Source: Acidobacteriota bacterium
GTDB taxonomy: Bacteria > Acidobacteriota > Thermoanaerobaculia > Multivoradales > J023
NCBI GenBank assembly: GCA_038530905.1
Contig: JBCBCF010000003.1
Span: 1-36,675 of the forward strand
DNA length: 36,675 bases
Direction of reading: 5' to 3'
Position 1 is the stretch's first letter, and the number at the start of each line of letters is the position of its first letter. Shown here piece after piece: positions 23,742-32,391 of this stretch. Made by a program: the position numbers and the translations under genes. The notes under the pieces were generated by a model that had not been told where the DNA came from, ran no database searches, and saw only the letters and a program-made list of their open reading frames with translations.

Positions 23742-25310
23742 TCAGGACTCGTCCTCGGTCTCGAGGAATGCCTCCACGTCGGATTCGCTGCCGAACTCGC
23801 CGATCGGATTGTCGTAAACCGCCGACTCCCCGGTCACGCTGTCGGTGACCCGCACGGAGTAGCTGACGTTCGACAGCGCGCCGTAGAAGACCCAGTAGTG
23901 CCCGTTGACGCCCCGTCCGTCGAGTACCTTGAGCACCAGCTCGAGATTCTGCGGATCGAAGAACCAGAACGAGCCGGTGTCGGTCGTCTGCGGGACGGTG
24001 CGGCCGACGCCGGTGTTGCCGTCGAAGTCTTCCCACTCCACCTCGACTGCGAAGCGCCCTTCGCCCAGACACAGCGTCGTATCGTCAGCGACGCAGGTCT
24101 CCATCTTCGCGAGCTGCTGGAGCGTCGGTGCGCCGGCGTCGACCGATGAGAACGGCAGCGGCACGGCATCGGTCGCGAAGGCGCCGGACGCCTCGGTCGA
24201 CCCAAGCGCCGGCACGGCCGAAGCGACTGCAGAGTCGCTCCCGCCGATCAGACCTGCGATCTGCGACTGATTCGGAAACGCGACGGTGTCGCCAACGCTC
24301 GCCAGGTTGCCCTCGGGATTGAAATACGTCCGCCTCGGCCCGACGAAGGTGTCGACCACGGTGATCTCGTATTGAACGTCCGACAAAGCGCCGTAGAAAA
24401 CCCAATAGGCGTCATTGAACTCACGGCCGTCCAGCACCTTGATCAAGAGTTCGAGGTTCTCTTCTTCGAAGAAGTAGAAGAACCCGCTGTCGTCCGTTCG
24501 CGGCACGGCCTGACCGTCGCCGGTGTTGCCTTCGAAGTCGCGCCATGCAACGCGCACCGAAAAGCGGCCTTCATTGAGGCAGAGCGTCAGCTCATCTGGT
24601 GCGCACGGGACCGGCGGCAGTGTGACCTGCCGACGCGCCTCGCGTGCGGGGCCTTCGAAGACGTCGGTTGCAAAGTCGTAGCCCCGGCCGTCGGTGTGAA
24701 GGTCGTCGAAATAGAAGTTAAACAGGTTCGGGATGGCCAGCAGGCCGTCGTAGAGATCGACAAAGAGCACACCTCGCTCGGCGGCGTCCTGCTCCAGCGT
24801 GAAGCTGAGGAAGGCCGTGCGATTCTCCGCGGTTCCCCCCGAGCGACGGGGCGGCGGAGCCACCAAGATCGGCACCTGACCGGCATCCAGCACCTTGTCG
24901 ACCATCTGCCACAGTCTCGAGCGGATGCCCTCGACGCTGAGGCTCGGGCTGGAGAGATCGTTGGTGCCCTCGTAAACCACCACGATGTCGCCGCCGCGGG
25001 CGATCACATTGTCGATGCGGCTGAGGCCAGCCTGCGTGCGCTCGCCGCAGAGTCCGAAATTCTCCACCGCGACATCCAGGCCGTCGCTATTCATCCGCTG
25101 CCGCAGGCGGGTGGTCCAGCCGCCGGTCGGGCCAGGGCCGACACACGGAACGCCCGGGTCGCCGAAGCCGACCGTCAGGCTGTCGCCGAAGGCCATGAAA
25201 CGAGTGGTCTGTGCCTCAGCCGGCGCGGAGCGAAGACTGGAGATGACGGCCAACGCCATCGCCAGGCCGAGAAGCGGTCGGAGAAAGGTCGAGATCGAAA
25301 GACGTCGCAT
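23742..25310 (-). CDS. Secreted SGNH/GDSL hydrolase with two tandem ~110-aa C-terminal repeat domains
   Basis: Signal peptide MRRLS...AEA-Q; FGDSLT (block I), GLCG (II), EGTND (III), DDLH (V); two repeats beginning CxxDxxTLCL. Confidence 0.88.
   Translation of the reverse strand: MRRLSISTFLRPLLGLAMALAVISSLRSAPAEAQTTRFMAFGDSLTVGFGDPGVPCVGPGPTGGWTTRLRQRMNSDGLDVAVENFGLCGERTQAGLSRIDNVIARGGDIVVVYEGTNDLSSPSLSVEGIRSRLWQMVDKVLDAGQVPILVAPPPRRSGGTAENRTAFLSFTLEQDAAERGVLFVDLYDGLLAIPNLFNFYFDDLHTDGRGYDFATDVFEGPAREARRQVTLPPVPCAPDELTLCLNEGRFSVRVAWRDFEGNTGDGQAVPRTDDSGFFYFFEEENLELLIKVLDGREFNDAYWVFYGALSDVQYEITVVDTFVGPRRTYFNPEGNLASVGDTVAFPNQSQIAGLIGGSDSAVASAVPALGSTEASGAFATDAVPLPFSSVDAGAPTLQQLAKMETCVADDTTLCLGEGRFAVEVEWEDFDGNTGVGRTVPQTTDTGSFWFFDPQNLELVLKVLDGRGVNGHYWVFYGALSNVSYSVRVTDSVTGESAVYDNPIGEFGSESDVEAFLETEDES
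23766..24605 (-). repeat. Two copies of an uncharacterised extracellular domain (24276-24605 and 23766-24095)
   Basis: Both copies read C..D..TLCL.EGRF.V.V.W.DF.GNTG.G..VP.T.D.G.F.FF...NLEL..KVLDGR..N..YWVFYGALS.V.Y...V.D...G....Y.NP.G...S..D..AF. Confidence 0.9.
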
Positions 25311-25340
25311 CGCGGAATGGTCGGCGTGGAACCGTAAAAG

Positions 25341-25368
25341 GTCGATCCAGTGAGAGTCGATCCAGTGA
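25341..25368. repeat. Perfect 13-bp direct repeat GTCGATCCAGTGA x2 (15-bp period), candidate regulatory site
   Basis: Copies at 25341-25353 and 25356-25368, about 30 bp upstream of the SGNH ATG in a divergent intergenic region. Confidence 0.7.
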
Positions 25369-25612
25369 AACGCAGTCAAGAAGATCGGCTCGAAAGAGTC
25401 TCCCGGCCGTTCAACCTGACGCCTTGAGGCTCCGGGAACGAGGAGAGAGCACAAAAAATTGCCAGACGGCACGATTCAGCGAAAACGGTCGACACCGTGG
25501 CGAAGCGGCCGAAGCTTAGAGCGGGGCGTCGGCGGAGCGACGAATGAGCCTCGACCGCGGCTGGCGCATGAGGATATCGCATATCTTTCATCGCCCGCCG
25601 AGCCGCCGACTC

Positions 25613-25641
25613 TTGACACCGCCCGGGCCACCGAAGACGAT
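25613..25641 (+). promoter_or_regulatory. Putative sigma70 promoter for the REC-kinase / His-kinase operon
   Basis: Perfect -35 TTGACA (25613-25618), 17-bp spacer and weak -10 GACGAT (25636-25641). Confidence 0.4.
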
Positions 25642-25807
25642 GCGACGATGCAATGTCCTACGGCGCGTCCAAGCAAAGACGCGTGAGCCAGCGCGTCGGT
25701 CTCGACTCTCTTTGCACCGAATGCAGCCGGGGCGAATGCCGCCTCGACGAAGGCGGGTCAGGCCTCTCCTCTCCCTCGTTCGACCGTGTCCTCTTTCATC
25801 CGATCTG

Positions 25808-27250
25808 ATGTCGACCGATCCCGCCGCGTCTGAGCCCCGAACCGCCGAGCCCCGCGCCACGGTCCTGGTGGTCGACGATCTCGAAGACAACCGCGACATC
25901 CTGGCGCGCCGGCTGCAGCGCCAGGGCTTCGAGGTCGTGACGGCGGACAGCGGCCGCGCCGCCCTGGCCCAGGTTGCCAGCCGGCGGATCGACCTGGTGC
26001 TTCTCGACATCATGATGCCCGACCTCGACGGCGTCGAGGTGCTGCGGCTGCTGCGCGCCGAGCACGACGCCAGCCAGCTGCCGATCATCATGCAGACCGC
26101 GCGGACCGACAGCGCGAGCGTCGTCGAGGCACTCGACGCCGGCGCCAACGACTACGTCACGAAGCCGATCGACTTCCCGGTCGCCCTGGCGCGCATCGAG
26201 AAAGAACTGCGCGCTCGCGGCGACGTTCCGAGTGAGCCGCCCGCTCAGCGCTCGTTCGGCGAAGGCTCGCTGCTCGCCGGGCGGTATCGACTCGGGCCGC
26301 GGCTCGGCGCCGGCAATTTCGGGGTTGTCCATCGCGCCCGCCATCTCGAGCTGGACCACGATGTGGCGATCAAGATCCTCCAGACTCGCATCGAAGAAGA
26401 CGACGAAGCCCTCGAGCGCTTTCGTCGCGAGGGACGCTCCGCATGCGTGGTGCGCCATCCGAACGCGGTAGCTGTCCTCGACTTCGGCACCACGCCAAGC
26501 GGCGTCGCGTACCTGGTGATGGAGCTACTCGATGGTCGCACGCTGGCCGAAGAGCTGATCGACGACGGTCGGCTGTCTCTCGCCCGCGTCGCCGAGGTGC
26601 TCGGGCCGGTCTGCGCGGCCCTCAACGAAGCCCACGTCGGCGGCGTGGTGCATCGCGACGTCAAGCCGGAGAACATCTTCCTGCATCGAGGTCGCGCCGG
26701 CGAGGTCGTCAAAGTGCTCGATTTCGGCATCGCCCGGATCGTCGGACGCGAGACGCTCGGTCGCCGCCTGACGGCGGAGGGCTTCATCCTCGGCACGCCG
26801 GCCTATATGGCACCAGAGCGGCTGCGCGATGAGACCTACGACGGTCGCTCGGACGTGTACTCGCTCGGCGCGACGCTCTTTCAGCTTCTCGCCGGCCGCC
26901 TGCCGTTCGAAGCCGATCAGGCAGATCCGATGGCGCTCTTGATGAAGCATCTCCGCGACCCTGTGCCCTCGCTGCGGCAGCTGGCTCCAGATCTTCCACC
27001 CGAGGTCGACGACCTCGTGCAGCGGGCGATGGCGAAGAAGCCCGATGCACGACCGGCGGTCGGCGAGCTGGCAGAAGAGCTGCGCGCGCTCGCCGAACGA
27101 TCGGTGCGGCCGGCCGCAAACGGCGATCCTGCGGTCGACCAAGAGGCGCCCACTCAGATGTTTCGCTCGGACCAGCTCGAAGCGACGCCGCGCTCGCGCC
27201 TCGGCCGGCTGTGGCACCGACTCCGACCGCGCTCCGGTTCTCGATCATGA
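25808..27250 (+). CDS. Response-regulator receiver fused to a Hanks-type Ser/Thr protein kinase
   Basis: REC: VVDD, LLDIMMP, QTA, TKP. Kinase: LGAGNFG, VAIK, HRDVKPEN, DFG, GTPAYMAPE, DVYSLG. No TM segment. Confidence 0.92.
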   Translation: MSTDPAASEPRTAEPRATVLVVDDLEDNRDILARRLQRQGFEVVTADSGRAALAQVASRRIDLVLLDIMMPDLDGVEVLRLLRAEHDASQLPIIMQTARTDSASVVEALDAGANDYVTKPIDFPVALARIEKELRARGDVPSEPPAQRSFGEGSLLAGRYRLGPRLGAGNFGVVHRARHLELDHDVAIKILQTRIEEDDEALERFRREGRSACVVRHPNAVAVLDFGTTPSGVAYLVMELLDGRTLAEELIDDGRLSLARVAEVLGPVCAALNEAHVGGVVHRDVKPENIFLHRGRAGEVVKVLDFGIARIVGRETLGRRLTAEGFILGTPAYMAPERLRDETYDGRSDVYSLGATLFQLLAGRLPFEADQADPMALLMKHLRDPVPSLRQLAPDLPPEVDDLVQRAMAKKPDARPAVGELAEELRALAERSVRPAANGDPAVDQEAPTQMFRSDQLEATPRSRLGRLWHRLRPRSGSRS

Positions 27251-28890
27251 CGCTGCGGCTGCGCCTGGCGCTGGCCTTCTCGGTCGTCGTTGCGCTCTTC
27301 GCCGCCAACTTCCTCGTCTGGAGCTGGAACGCGCGACGCAGCGCCGAGCGCCTGACCAGCTTCGAGCGCGCCGTGGACGCTCAGCTGCAGGTGCGCGAGG
27401 TCGAAGAGCAGCTGGATGAGCGCTGGCGTCAAGTCCGCGGCTACACGATCTTTTCGGCAGGCTCCGACTCAGCGCTGACCGAAGACGAGCGCAACGGCAT
27501 GCTCGAGGCATTCACCGAGACGCGCACGCAGGTCGAGCTTTTGCAGCGGCTTTCCGAGGCGGAGGCCGACGATCGGCGGTTGGCGGACAGGGTTGCCGAC
27601 GTCTGGACGCAGCTCGAGGCCTTGTGGCAGCCCGACTTCGCACCCGGTGCCGCCACTCGCTCCGCCACCGAGCTCGACACCGCGGCCGAGCGCGCTCGCA
27701 CCCTGCTCGACTCAGCCCACGTGGACCTGGCGACCCTGCGCCGCCTAGAACGCGATCGGGTCGCCGTCGCGCGCGCCGACATCGCGGGCGCCCGCGATTT
27801 GGCGCGGCATGTTTCGCTGGCCAGCGTGAGCCTGTCGGCGATCGTCGCCGTGGCGCTCGCGGCTCTGCTGGCTGCGGGCATCACGCGGGAGCTGCGACGG
27901 CTGGCCGGCGGCGCGCGACGCATCGGCGAAGGGCACCTCGACGAAGCGATCGCCCCTCGCGGCGGGCCGGAGCTCGCAGCGGTCGGCATGGAGCTGAATC
28001 GCATGGCAGCGCGTCTGCGGGAGGCTCGGGACGCGCGCGAGAACGCGCTGCGCACCGCCGAGGCCGCGTCGCTCGCCAAAAGCGCATTCCTTGCCAACAC
28101 CAGTCATGAGCTGCGGACGCCGCTGAATTCGATTCTGGGCTACGCGGAGCTGCTGCTCGAAGACGCGCGGGCGGCTGGCGGCTCGGACTCGATCGCCGAT
28201 CTCGAACGCATTGTCGGCGCCGGCCGACACCTTCGGGGACTGATCGACGATGTCCTCGATCTGTCGAAGATCGAGGCCGGCAAGATGACGCTGACCACCG
28301 AGCGCTTTGCGGTCGCGACTCTGATCGACGAGGTGCTCGACACCGCCGCTCCTCTGGTCGCCGCGCGCGGCAACCGCCTCGAGCGGAAGGCGGAGGATCT
28401 CGGCGTCGCCTGGACGGACGGCGCGAAGCTGCGCCAGGTGCTGCTCAATCTGCTAGCGAACGCGGCCAAATTCACCACCGACGGCGTCGTGACTCTGCGC
28501 GCCGAGCGCGGGGCCGCTCTCTCCGAGGATGACGGCGACCTGCTCGTCTTCGAAGTCATCGACAGCGGCATCGGCATGACCGCATCGCAGCTGCGTCGGG
28601 TCTTCGATCCGTTCACTCAAGCCGACGGATCGACCACGCGTCGGTATGGCGGCACCGGTCTCGGGCTCGGCATCGCGCGCGAGCTGGCTCGGCTTCTCGG
28701 CGGCTCGCTCGACGCCGAGTCAGCGCCGGGCCAAGGCAGCACGTTTCGCTTCACCGTGCCGGCGATCGCACCGCGCGAGGCGGCGGATGAGGCCCCGGAA
28801 ACCCACTCGATCGAACGAGCGCTGCCCGCCTCCGACATCGAGACAACGGATCGCATCGAGCGTCCGGAGCCGGCACCGCGCGGCTCCTGA
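27247..28890 (+). CDS. Membrane sensor histidine kinase (TM, helical sensor, TM, HAMP, HisKA, HATPase)
   Basis: SHELRTPLNSILG, NLLANAAKFT, DSGIGM, FDPFTQAD and GGTGLGL motifs; ATGA overlap with the upstream kinase stop. Confidence 0.93.
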   Translation: MTLRLRLALAFSVVVALFAANFLVWSWNARRSAERLTSFERAVDAQLQVREVEEQLDERWRQVRGYTIFSAGSDSALTEDERNGMLEAFTETRTQVELLQRLSEAEADDRRLADRVADVWTQLEALWQPDFAPGAATRSATELDTAAERARTLLDSAHVDLATLRRLERDRVAVARADIAGARDLARHVSLASVSLSAIVAVALAALLAAGITRELRRLAGGARRIGEGHLDEAIAPRGGPELAAVGMELNRMAARLREARDARENALRTAEAASLAKSAFLANTSHELRTPLNSILGYAELLLEDARAAGGSDSIADLERIVGAGRHLRGLIDDVLDLSKIEAGKMTLTTERFAVATLIDEVLDTAAPLVAARGNRLERKAEDLGVAWTDGAKLRQVLLNLLANAAKFTTDGVVTLRAERGAALSEDDGDLLVFEVIDSGIGMTASQLRRVFDPFTQADGSTTRRYGGTGLGLGIARELARLLGGSLDAESAPGQGSTFRFTVPAIAPREAADEAPETHSIERALPASDIETTDRIERPEPAPRGS

Positions 28891-28920
28891 GCGCACAGCT
28901 CCTTAGAGCAATGGCAGGAG

Positions 28921-29610
28921 TCAACCACCCTCGACGAGTGCCTGCTTGAGCTTCTCGAGCGCCTCGTCCTTCGCCACGATCTCGGCCCGCGCCGCCGCCA
29001 GCTCTGCCGATAGCGCCTTGAGCTGTCGACGCAGCGCCTCGACCTCCTCCGGCTCTGCTTCGGGCGGCGGCGTCACGTCCGCGTCGGGATCACGCGGCGC
29101 CGGATCGCTTCTGACGATCGTGACGACGCGCTCATCGGCCGGTGGTCGCGCCAGCGCTGCATGCAAGGCTCTGGCAGCGGTGGCCCGGACGTCGCGCGCC
29201 GTGCCCATCTCAGTAAGCAGTGTCGACAGCCAGCCGCGGGCCGCGTCGAAGTCAGGTTCCGGACGCTGCAGCTCGGCCGTCGCCGCACCGTAAAGGCCCC
29301 GCGTCCGATGGTCGCTTCGCGCCGGCCGCCCTTCTGCCACCCGCCGGAAGATCTCGACCGCCCGGGCCGAGTCATCCTGTTCAAGAGCCAGGCGCGCGTC
29401 CGCCAATAATCCGCGCGCGGCCCACCAACCCAACGTCTCGGCGCCGTCGGTGTCGCCCGTTTGGGCAGCGGCCGGCGAGACCGCCAGGGTGCACAAGAGC
29501 ACGATCGCCAGGCTCCCGAAGAGCCAGTGGGCTCCGGAGCGCCGCGCGAGGGCGGAGAACCTGGCGGCGAGACCGCGGTCATCCACGGGTTGCCTCGCTG
29601 TCAGATGCAT
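28921..29610 (-). CDS. Putative exported TPR-like / coiled-coil protein
   Basis: C-terminal ~230 aa of the 756-aa ORF: signal peptide (SLAIVLLCTLAVSPAAA-Q), helical repeats, Pro/Glu linker and C-terminal coiled coil. Start uncertain. Confidence 0.65.
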   Translation of the reverse strand: MHLTARQPVDDRGLAARFSALARRSGAHWLFGSLAIVLLCTLAVSPAAAQTGDTDGAETLGWWAARGLLADARLALEQDDSARAVEIFRRVAEGRPARSDHRTRGLYGAATAELQRPEPDFDAARGWLSTLLTEMGTARDVRATAARALHAALARPPADERVVTIVRSDPAPRDPDADVTPPPEAEPEEVEALRRQLKALSAELAAARAEIVAKDEALEKLKQALVEGG

Positions 29611-29742
29611 CGATCGGTGACGGGGTTTCGGGGGCTGCAACGGCGTCGATCGGTGGGCAGGCAACATCAAGGGAAAGCTCCTGGAAATCGCGGCTGGGCA
29701 TCGAGGTCGACCGCGTGGTCCTTGCCTTGCCATGATGCGCCG

Positions 29743-31485
29743 GTGGACGCGTCGCGCGCAGGCCTCGGAACCGCCGTCGGTCCGGCGTTCGGAGTCTACG
29801 CCGGGTGGATGCTCTGCGCCGTTGGATCGACGGCTCCTGCCAATCCGGCAGCGGCCGCCGGGATGCTGGCAGCCTTCGGGTTCGCGGCCTTCGGCGCAAC
29901 GGCCGCGGCGCGCTGGGGAGCCCGCGCGGTCGATGTTGTGCTCCTCGGCGCGCTGGCAGCGACGGTGATCTGGGCCGAAGCCTCGCCGGCCGAGCGACCG
30001 AACGAGTTGGCGGCCGGTCTCGCGCTCTTCTGGCCGGCGTTGTTGGTGCGAGCGGGGCCGGCCGGGATGCCGCTCGAGCGGATTGGCTGGACCGGCCTGG
30101 CGACGGTCGTAGCAATGGCGATCGTCGTCACTCAGTCGCGCGGCGGCCTCCTCGCCGCGGGCCTCGGTCTGTCGATCCTGTGTGGTTTGACGGCCCATCG
30201 GCCGACTTCTGCGGCACCCCGACGAGATCGACCCCTCTCGACATCTCGCCGACGGCTCGTTGGAGCATGCCTCGCGTTCGTCCTGCTCGGGGGTGCCATC
30301 CTCGGCGCGATCGTTTCGCCTCGCCTGCCAACACCACTCGCGGTCGATCGGTGGCTGTCCGGCCGCCTGACCGTGTGGAGCCACGCCTGCCGCCAGCTGG
30401 CCGACCTGCCCTGGCTCGGGGCCGGTGCAGTGACCTGGCCAGCAAGGGTGCCGGACCTTTGGCCCTGGCCGGTCGGCGCAGCGGTTGATCGGCCGCTCGA
30501 CGACGCGCATCAGCTCGGGCTGGACGTCGCGCTGGTCGGTGGCCTGCCGGCGCTGGTCGCCCTGGCGGCAGCCGCTCTTCTGGCCGGGCGGCGCCTTCTG
30601 CAGTCGCGGCGCCACCTGCCGAGGCCGGCGCTCTGGCGACTCGACGGCTGGAGCGCCGGTCTGGGCGCACACCTCGCGTGGAGCCTGGGGGACTCGCTGG
30701 CGCCTGGCTCGCTCGGCCACATTCTGCTGTGGCTTGTTGTTGGCCTTGCCCTTGGTGAGACAGCCACCGTGACCCCGCCGCTGACGGGATGCACCTCGCG
30801 GAGGCCGAACCGCGCGACCGCTCTCGGGCTCGCCGCGGGATGCGCGGCAGGCCTCGCCATCGGCCTCGCCTTTCAGACGTTTTTCGATGAGGAGCGAGCG
30901 CGACGCGACACGTTGGTCGCGGCTGTTCTCTCGGGAGCGGTCGCAGACGGAGCGCGTCTCGAGACGACGGACGGCCAGCATCTGCGCCTCGCCGCTCGCG
31001 TGCTGCAGAACGATGGCGAGGACGGCGCCGCGCGATCTCTCTTGCAGCGGGCCATCGATCACGACGCGGACAGTCTCACCCTCGCGGAGGCGGCGTTCCC
31101 GGCCGACCTCGAGCTTGCCCGTCATGCAACGGACCGCTGGCCCGCATCCGCTGTCGCCTGGCGCTGGCGGGGGCGCGCCGATCCGTCCCACCGCTCCGTC
31201 GGCTGGCTGCGTCGATCCCTGGCGCTCGATCCATCAGATCCGCACGTGTGGCTGGAGACAGCTCGCCGACTGGACGGCGTCGAGCCGCTGGCGGCGCTCG
31301 ATGCCTGGGCTGAGGCCTGCCGCCTCGGCGACCCGGGCGCCGCCGCTTGCCTGGCCGCGGCGCGGCGCGCGGTGCCTCTCGGTCAGCTCGAGCGGGCGCA
31401 GGGACTTCGCGGCGCGGCCGCCTGGCCGCCGCTGCGCGATCGACCCCTCATCGGTCTCGATCCGGCAGCAGATGCCTTCGACTGA
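29743..31485 (+). CDS. O-antigen ligase (Wzy_C/WaaL-like) family membrane protein with C-terminal TPR-like region
   Basis: TQSRGGLLA, GRLTVW...PWLGAG and DAHQLGLDVALVGGLP motifs; multiple TMs; ALALDP-type TPR tail. Start uncertain (GTG 29743 chosen). Confidence 0.7.
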   Translation: MDASRAGLGTAVGPAFGVYAGWMLCAVGSTAPANPAAAAGMLAAFGFAAFGATAAARWGARAVDVVLLGALAATVIWAEASPAERPNELAAGLALFWPALLVRAGPAGMPLERIGWTGLATVVAMAIVVTQSRGGLLAAGLGLSILCGLTAHRPTSAAPRRDRPLSTSRRRLVGACLAFVLLGGAILGAIVSPRLPTPLAVDRWLSGRLTVWSHACRQLADLPWLGAGAVTWPARVPDLWPWPVGAAVDRPLDDAHQLGLDVALVGGLPALVALAAAALLAGRRLLQSRRHLPRPALWRLDGWSAGLGAHLAWSLGDSLAPGSLGHILLWLVVGLALGETATVTPPLTGCTSRRPNRATALGLAAGCAAGLAIGLAFQTFFDEERARRDTLVAAVLSGAVADGARLETTDGQHLRLAARVLQNDGEDGAARSLLQRAIDHDADSLTLAEAAFPADLELARHATDRWPASAVAWRWRGRADPSHRSVGWLRRSLALDPSDPHVWLETARRLDGVEPLAALDAWAEACRLGDPGAAACLAAARRAVPLGQLERAQGLRGAAAWPPLRDRPLIGLDPAADAFD

Positions 31486-31493
31486 CCGGCGGC

Positions 31494-32261
31494 TCAGCCT
31501 GGCGAGCGCGCCGCTGCGGCGGGTGTGGTCGAAACGGACTCGACCAGCGGCCGCAACGAGGAGGTGACCAGCTCGGCGATGAGCGCCTGCCCCTCGGCCG
31601 TCGGATGGATGCCGTCGGCCTGGTTCAGCTCCGCGACTCCACCGACGCCCTCGAGCAAGAACGGCAGCAGATCCACATCGAGTTCTGCCGCCAGCCGCGG
31701 AAAGACCGTCTCGAACTCCAACGCGTAGTCCTCGCCATAATTCGGCGGGATGCGCATCCCCGCCAGGAGCACTCGCGCACCGGCGTCGCGCCCCTGCTGA
31801 ACGATCCGGCGTAGATTGTCCTCGGTCGACGCGACCGGCAGGCCGCGCAACCCGTCGTTGCCGCCGAGGGCCACCACCAGGACATCCGGATCCTGGCGCA
31901 ACACCCATTCGAGCCGGCGCAGGCCACCCGCGGTGGTGTCGCCGCTGACGCCCGCGTTGACCGCGCGCAGCGGTTGCCCTTCGGCCTCGAACTGCGCTTC
32001 AACGAGATGCGGAAAAGCCTGCTCAGCGTCGAGCCCATAGCCGGCGGTCAGGCTGTCGCCCAGGAACACGACCAAAGGCCCGTCGTCGGCGTCGACTTCG
32101 GTGACCGAGGTGTCGGCCGGAGTGGGCGGCACCTCACTCGCGATCGGTGACGTGTCGACCGGCTCCGGAGCGTCTCCGGCACACGCAAGACAACACCACG
32201 CAATCGCGAAGCTTGCCAGCAGTCGGATCCCGCACGCAGCAAGACTTTGGCGAGCGGTCAT
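31494..32261 (-). CDS. Arylesterase / acyl-CoA thioesterase I-like SGNH hydrolase (TesA family), probable lipoprotein
   Basis: LGDSLTAGYG, NAGVSGDTT, LGGNDGLRG, PPNYG and NQADGIHP motifs; CLA-C lipobox-like signal. Start at 32261 or 32339. Confidence 0.9.
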   Translation of the reverse strand: MTARQSLAACGIRLLASFAIAWCCLACAGDAPEPVDTSPIASEVPPTPADTSVTEVDADDGPLVVFLGDSLTAGYGLDAEQAFPHLVEAQFEAEGQPLRAVNAGVSGDTTAGGLRRLEWVLRQDPDVLVVALGGNDGLRGLPVASTEDNLRRIVQQGRDAGARVLLAGMRIPPNYGEDYALEFETVFPRLAAELDVDLLPFLLEGVGGVAELNQADGIHPTAEGQALIAELVTSSLRPLVESVSTTPAAAARSPG

Positions 32262-32391
32262 CGATGGCCGCGAGGAGACAATTGGACGAAAGGAAACGGC
32301 GAGAGGTCGGGAGGCGGGCGGCACGATCGGTCGATCCATCGCGTGATCCTACTTGCCACGCGGTTGGCGCGCTCGAGCATAAGCTCGGAGC

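Noticed and set aside
25468-25481. Possible sigma54 promoter CGGCACGATTCAGC
   Set aside because: The GG-to-GC spacing is 9 nt rather than the required 10, and TTGC is absent.
25544-25807. 88-aa N-terminal extension of the REC-kinase ORF; likewise the extensions on radA, sucB, HU, SGNH and DUF1800
   Set aside because: Low-complexity Arg/Pro sequence overlapping promoter-like DNA or neighbouring genes; downstream ATGs match family N-termini.
29611-31191. N-terminal ~527 aa of the 756-aa minus-strand ORF 28921-31191
   Set aside because: Arg/Pro/Gly-rich shadow of the plus-strand O-antigen-ligase-like gene; only the last ~230 aa look like a real protein.
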